Origin: Candidatus Woesearchaeota archaeon
Lineage (GTDB): Archaea; Nanobdellota; Nanobdellia; Woesearchaeales; WAPY01
NCBI GenBank assembly: GCA_049700835.1
Contig: JBNAUL010000002.1
Coordinates: 208,275-272,274 of the forward strand
Length of the DNA: 64,000 nt
Reading direction: 5' to 3'
Shown: positions 60,082 through 64,000 of the stretch, one piece after another
How the letters are laid out: each line of letters starts with the position of its first letter
How positions within the stretch are numbered: the stretch's first letter is position 1
The notes under the pieces: model-generated
The model's database searches: none
What the model was told of the DNA's origin: nothing
What the model saw: only the letters and a program-made list of their open reading frames with translations
Translations under genes and position numbers: made by a program

Positions 60082-61782
60082 ATGGCTGAAGAAAAAGAGG
60101 TAAATAAGGAAAATAATTCTAATGAAAATAATGGAATTGCATTTGAACTTGCAAAGAAACAAAGGGAAATCTCAATAGCAGAGTTCTTTGAGAAGAACAG
60201 GCACTTGCTCGGCTTTGACAACAAGAGAAAGGCGTTGCTAACTGCTGTCAAGGAAGCAGTTGACAACAGTTTAGATGCCTGCGAAGAAGCAAGAATACTG
60301 CCTGAGATAAAGGTGGAGATAACAGAACTTTCAGAGGAAAGATTCAAGGTAGTTGTTGAAGACAATGGGCCAGGAATCGTAAAGGATCAAATTCCAAAAA
60401 TCTTTGCCAAGTTGTTGTACGGAAGCAAGTTTCACACTCTAAAACAATCTCGCGGCCAACAAGGAATTGGAATTTCAGCAGCAGTTCTTTACGCGCAATT
60501 GACAACAGGAAGGCCAGCAAGAATAACCTCAAAGATAAAGGAAGAGGATTCCGCGCATTTTTATCAGCTCCATATAAACACTCAGCAGAACAAGCCAGAG
60601 GTTGTTGAGGAGAAAAAGATAGATTGGGAAAAGATCAGCGGAACAAGGGTCGAGATAGACATAGAAGCTTCTTATCAAAAGGGAGACCAAAGCGTTGACG
60701 AATACCTAAAACAAACAGCAATAATAAATCCATATGCTACCATAATATACATAAATCCTAAATCAGAACAGCAGATATTCTCAAGAACAATAAACGAACT
60801 TCCAAAGAAAGCGCAGGAGATAAAACCGCATCCTTATGGAATCGAAATTGGAAGATTGCTCAGAATGCTGCACGAAACAGAATCAAGAACCCTGCAAAGC
60901 TTTCTGACAACAGAGTTCTCAAGAGTTGGAAGTTCTACTGCAAAAGAAATCTGCGAAAAGGCAGCTCTATTACCACAAACAAAGCCAAAAACAATAATAA
61001 GGGAAGAGGCTGAAAAACTAATACGTGCAATAAAGGAAACAAAGATAATAGCTCCATCAACAGATTGTTTATCACCGATAGGAGCGAATGAACTCGAAGA
61101 GGGTTTGAGAAAAGAATTCGCAGCAGAGTTTTACACATCAACGCAGAGGCCTGCATCAGTTTATAGGGGCAATCCTTTCATAATAGAATGTGCCCTTGCA
61201 TATAGTTCAGCGCTGCCTCAAGACCAACCGATAATTTTGATGAGGTTTGCAAACAAGGTTCCATTGCTCTATCAAAAGAGTGCCTGCGCAATAACTAGGA
61301 CGGTTTCTCTTATAAATTGGAGGCAATACGGGCTGCAGCAATCAAAGGACAGTTTGCCAATAGGACCTGTTGTCTTGGCAGTTCATTTAGCATCGGTTTG
61401 GGCTCCTTTTACAAGCGAGGCAAAGGAAGCGATTGCGCATTATCCTGAAATAATGAAGGAGATAAAATTGGCAGTTCAGGAGTGTGCCAGAGACCTTTAT
61501 GTTTATCTTAGGAAGAAACAGAGGTTTCACGAGCAGATAAAGAAAAAGGGCTATATTGAAAAATACATACCGCACATTTCAGAATCTTTGAAAGAGATAC
61601 TTAATTTGAGAGAGGACGAGATTCCTGAAATAAAAAAGGCATTGGAAGAAATACTTGAAAAAACAAGAAGGATTGAGGAGCTTGAAACTCCTGAGGAAGT
61701 TGATGAAAAAGAAAAAATAGGAATAAGAGGAGAAGTTGAGGAGGAAGTTGAAAACATCGAGGAAAATGAAAGAGGAAAATAA
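60082..61782 (+). CDS. top6B: DNA topoisomerase VI subunit B
   Basis: GHKL/Bergerat fold motifs ([24 protein letters not shown]), the transducer domain, and length of 566 aa. Confidence 0.9.
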   Translation: MAEEKEVNKENNSNENNGIAFELAKKQREISIAEFFEKNRHLLGFDNKRKALLTAVKEAVDNSLDACEEARILPEIKVEITELSEERFKVVVEDNGPGIVKDQIPKIFAKLLYGSKFHTLKQSRGQQGIGISAAVLYAQLTTGRPARITSKIKEEDSAHFYQLHINTQQNKPEVVEEKKIDWEKISGTRVEIDIEASYQKGDQSVDEYLKQTAIINPYATIIYINPKSEQQIFSRTINELPKKAQEIKPHPYGIEIGRLLRMLHETESRTLQSFLTTEFSRVGSSTAKEICEKAALLPQTKPKTIIREEAEKLIRAIKETKIIAPSTDCLSPIGANELEEGLRKEFAAEFYTSTQRPASVYRGNPFIIECALAYSSALPQDQPIILMRFANKVPLLYQKSACAITRTVSLINWRQYGLQQSKDSLPIGPVVLAVHLASVWAPFTSEAKEAIAHYPEIMKEIKLAVQECARDLYVYLRKKQRFHEQIKKKGYIEKYIPHISESLKEILNLREDEIPEIKKALEEILEKTRRIEELETPEEVDEKEKIGIRGEVEEEVENIEENERGK

Positions 61783-62887
61783 AACAAAGGAAAAGATTGA
61801 ATTTGACAAAAACTTGCTTGACAGGATAAAGGAACTCGCTTACAATCTGCTCCAAGAAATAAAAAGCAAGAAAAGCCCTTCATTAAAAACCCCTTTGAGA
61901 AATTTGGCGAATGTTCATTACAACAAGGAAAAGGGATACTTTGAGATAGGCAGCAAAATAAAGAAGAGAACGCTGACAGTCAACACTTCAAAAACATTTG
62001 CCCAAACATTGAGAATGCTTAGTTTATCAAAAACTCTAATAGAAACAGATGACATTGCAACAAAGAGAGAAGCTTACTATGTATCAAAGAATTGGGGGGA
62101 TGCAAGATTTTTAGAACAGCAGGAATCAGACGCAATAATGGACGACATTGAAGCTATGTTCTTAGTCAACAGGGAAAAACTCGGGTTTATTCCTGAAGAA
62201 AAGGGAGGAGATGTTGCTGGAAAACTCATGGTAATTGACAAGGATCCTGAAACAGGCAAGGAGATAAAGATTGACTGCACCAAAATGGGAACAGGCGCTT
62301 ATTCAATTCCAAGCAGCGTTGAACACTTAAAGTTTGAGACAAACGCTGATTTCATACTTGCAATAGAAACAGCAGGCATGTATCAGAGATTGGTAAAGCA
62401 CACTTATTGGAAAAAATCAAATGCAATACTAATCTCAATGGGAGGGGTTCCAACAAGGGCTTGCAGAAGATTCATAAGGAGATTATCAGACGAGATGAAA
62501 CTCCCTGTCTATGTTTTTACAGACGGAGATCCATATGGTTATCTCAACATCTACAGGACATTGAAGGTTGGTTCTGGAAATGCAGCACACATCAACAAGT
62601 ATTTCTGCGTACCTCAAGCAAAATTCATTGGAATAACTCCGCAGGACATAATTGATTACAAACTCCCAACACATCCTCTAAAAGATGTTGATGTCAAGAG
62701 AGTAAAAGACGGTTTAAAGAACGATCCTTTTGTAAAGCAGCATCCTGATTGGCAAAAGGCATTGAAACAATTGGTTGAGATGAGGAAAAGGGCTGAACAG
62801 CAAGCACTAGCGCAGCACGGCCTTAATTTTGTAATCACAAACTATCTGCCTGAAAAACTTTCAAACCCAAAAACATGGTTGCCTTAA
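61736..62887 (+). CDS. top6A: DNA topoisomerase VI subunit A (Spo11 homologue)
   Basis: Catalytic-Tyr region [11 protein letters not shown] and the Toprim motifs [14 protein letters not shown] and DGDPYG. It overlaps top6B by 47 nt in another frame; the true start may be the M at ~61766. Confidence 0.9.
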   Translation: MRRKLKTSRKMKEENKTKEKIEFDKNLLDRIKELAYNLLQEIKSKKSPSLKTPLRNLANVHYNKEKGYFEIGSKIKKRTLTVNTSKTFAQTLRMLSLSKTLIETDDIATKREAYYVSKNWGDARFLEQQESDAIMDDIEAMFLVNREKLGFIPEEKGGDVAGKLMVIDKDPETGKEIKIDCTKMGTGAYSIPSSVEHLKFETNADFILAIETAGMYQRLVKHTYWKKSNAILISMGGVPTRACRRFIRRLSDEMKLPVYVFTDGDPYGYLNIYRTLKVGSGNAAHINKYFCVPQAKFIGITPQDIIDYKLPTHPLKDVDVKRVKDGLKNDPFVKQHPDWQKALKQLVEMRKRAEQQALAQHGLNFVITNYLPEKLSNPKTWLP

Positions 62888-63510
62888 ATTCTGAAAAAAC
62901 AAAAAAAATAAAGATAGTTGTTTTTGATTTAGGAGGAGTTCTTTTTGAGTATGCAACTCTAAAGGCAGCAAAAGTTTTAAGCGAGAAATACAATTACAAA
63001 AAGAAAATAATTTTGAATTTGCTTCAATCAAAAAAGAGCAGGGCTCTAAGAGAAGGAAAGATAAGTGATAAAGATTTTTGGAATTATGCAAAAAAGATTG
63101 TCCCAAAGAATTATTACACAAAAATAATAAAAAAAGTTTGGGATGGTTGTTCTGAAATTAATAGAAAAGTGTTTAAAATCGTAAAAGAGCTTAGCAAGAA
63201 TAAGAAAGTAAAACTCATGATTTTTTCAGGCAATGTAAGAACAAGAATAAAAGCTCTTGACAAAAAATATAATTTCAGAAGGTATTTTTACAAAGAAGTT
63301 TATTCTTTCAACCACAAAATAAATAAGCCGAAAACAAAATTTGTAAGAATAATGATTGAGCAAGCAGGAGTTAATCCTGAAGAAATCTTATACATAGAAG
63401 ACAATCCTGTTTATGCAGAACCAGCAAGAAAATTAGGTGTAAATGTTGTCATTTTTAAGAATGCTAAACAATTAAAAAAGGAATTAAAAAACTTCGGGCT
63501 TTGGATTTGA
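62875..63510 (+). CDS. HAD-superfamily hydrolase (paralogue of 33133-33777)
   Basis: Motif I IVVFDLGGVL and a C-terminal YIEDNP motif IV-like block. Confidence 0.55.
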   Translation: MVALNSEKTKKIKIVVFDLGGVLFEYATLKAAKVLSEKYNYKKKIILNLLQSKKSRALREGKISDKDFWNYAKKIVPKNYYTKIIKKVWDGCSEINRKVFKIVKELSKNKKVKLMIFSGNVRTRIKALDKKYNFRRYFYKEVYSFNHKINKPKTKFVRIMIEQAGVNPEEILYIEDNPVYAEPARKLGVNVVIFKNAKQLKKELKNFGLWI

Positions 63511-63660
63511 CTTAAACCTTTATTCTGCACTACTTTTATTTTTTAACAAGTTTTCTCTTACGAATTTTATAACATTAGAGAATATGCTGTGTTATAAATA
63601 TTGTTATTTGATTGCTCTTCAAGTTTTAATTCCAAGAGGTGTAAGCTTGATTCTATGTTT

Positions 63661-63948
63661 TCAAGATAGCAAGCAAGTTGTCCCCATGTTCTTTGCTTTT
63701 TTTGAAATCTCATTCAAAAGCATTTCTTTTAAGTCCTCTTTTTTGCGATTGCAAAAATTCTTTTTTTTAGGATTTAGTTCTTCTAACAATCCATATTCTA
63801 CAATCAAGTAAAATAGAACACTTTCAGGTTTTATGCTTCCTAAATTTTTATATTCGCAACAGGAGTTCTTCAAAACATTAAAGCAGGAATAAAAACCTCC
63901 TAAGTATGAGAGCGTGCTTTCAAACAAGTTTTCTATTTTGCTTTCCAC
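63661..63948 (-). CDS. Hypothetical ORF, possibly the C-terminal part of a gene continuing past the window end
   Basis: 95-aa ORF. The upstream region runs off the window. Confidence 0.2.
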   Translation of the reverse strand: MESKIENLFESTLSYLGGFYSCFNVLKNSCCEYKNLGSIKPESVLFYLIVEYGLLEELNPKKKNFCNRKKEDLKEMLLNEISKKAKNMGTTCLLS

Positions 63949-64000
63949 TTGAGCAATTCTTTCAGAATAATCTCTGTTTTTAGGAGAGCTTTTTATTCTT

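Noticed and set aside
59730-61883. Several antisense ORFs (59730-60365, 59806-60162, 60935-61156, 61551-61883, 61579-61809, 61601-61855) rich in F/L/S
   Set aside because: Low-complexity translations opposite the KH-protein, top6B and top6A genes, whose purine-rich coding strands generate long antisense ORFs.

Overview
The window is AT-rich and reads as a fragment of a small archaeal genome. Topoisomerase VI A and B, Alba, RNA polymerase subunit F (Rpo4), ribosomal proteins L21e and S17e, Kae1, a RIO kinase, Pth2, class-I LysRS and an archaeal-type 16S 3' end point to an archaeon; the low GC content and reduced gene set suggest a DPANN-like lineage. It opens inside an rRNA operon on the minus strand: a partial 23S, then tRNA-Ala with an unusual T-loop intron, then 16S. 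The rest is about 60 kb of mostly housekeeping genes: argS, kae1, lysK, eno, gyrB, purA, purB, dut, metK, trmI, top6AB and others. It carries seven tRNAs. Ala and Cys contain introns, His has an encoded G-1, and Pro has an encoded CCA. I found no CRISPR array, integrase, transposase or recognisable defence system, and I cannot point to a single previously undescribed system. The most interesting local features are these. There is an arginine-decarboxylase/agmatinase/deoxyhypusine-synthase cluster, which I read as an agmatine-dependent aIF5A hypusination pathway. There is a deoxypyrimidine cluster with a tandem-duplicated ThyX-like protein, dCMP deaminase, a P-loop kinase and, nearby, dUTPase. 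A roughly 105-bp intergenic element is present twice. Tandem 55-bp repeats copy the 3' end of tRNA-Arg and look att-like. Three genes look decayed or frameshifted: a MATE transporter, a Hel308 helicase truncated after its first RecA domain, and a LigD-phosphoesterase gene with a poly-A frameshift. The metK is bacterial-type. A gyrB has no adjacent gyrA and coexists with Topo VI. There is a D-Ala-D-Ala-ligase-like ATP-grasp gene. There are large cysteine-motif surface proteins. All functional calls rest on motif recognition by eye; no database searches were run.
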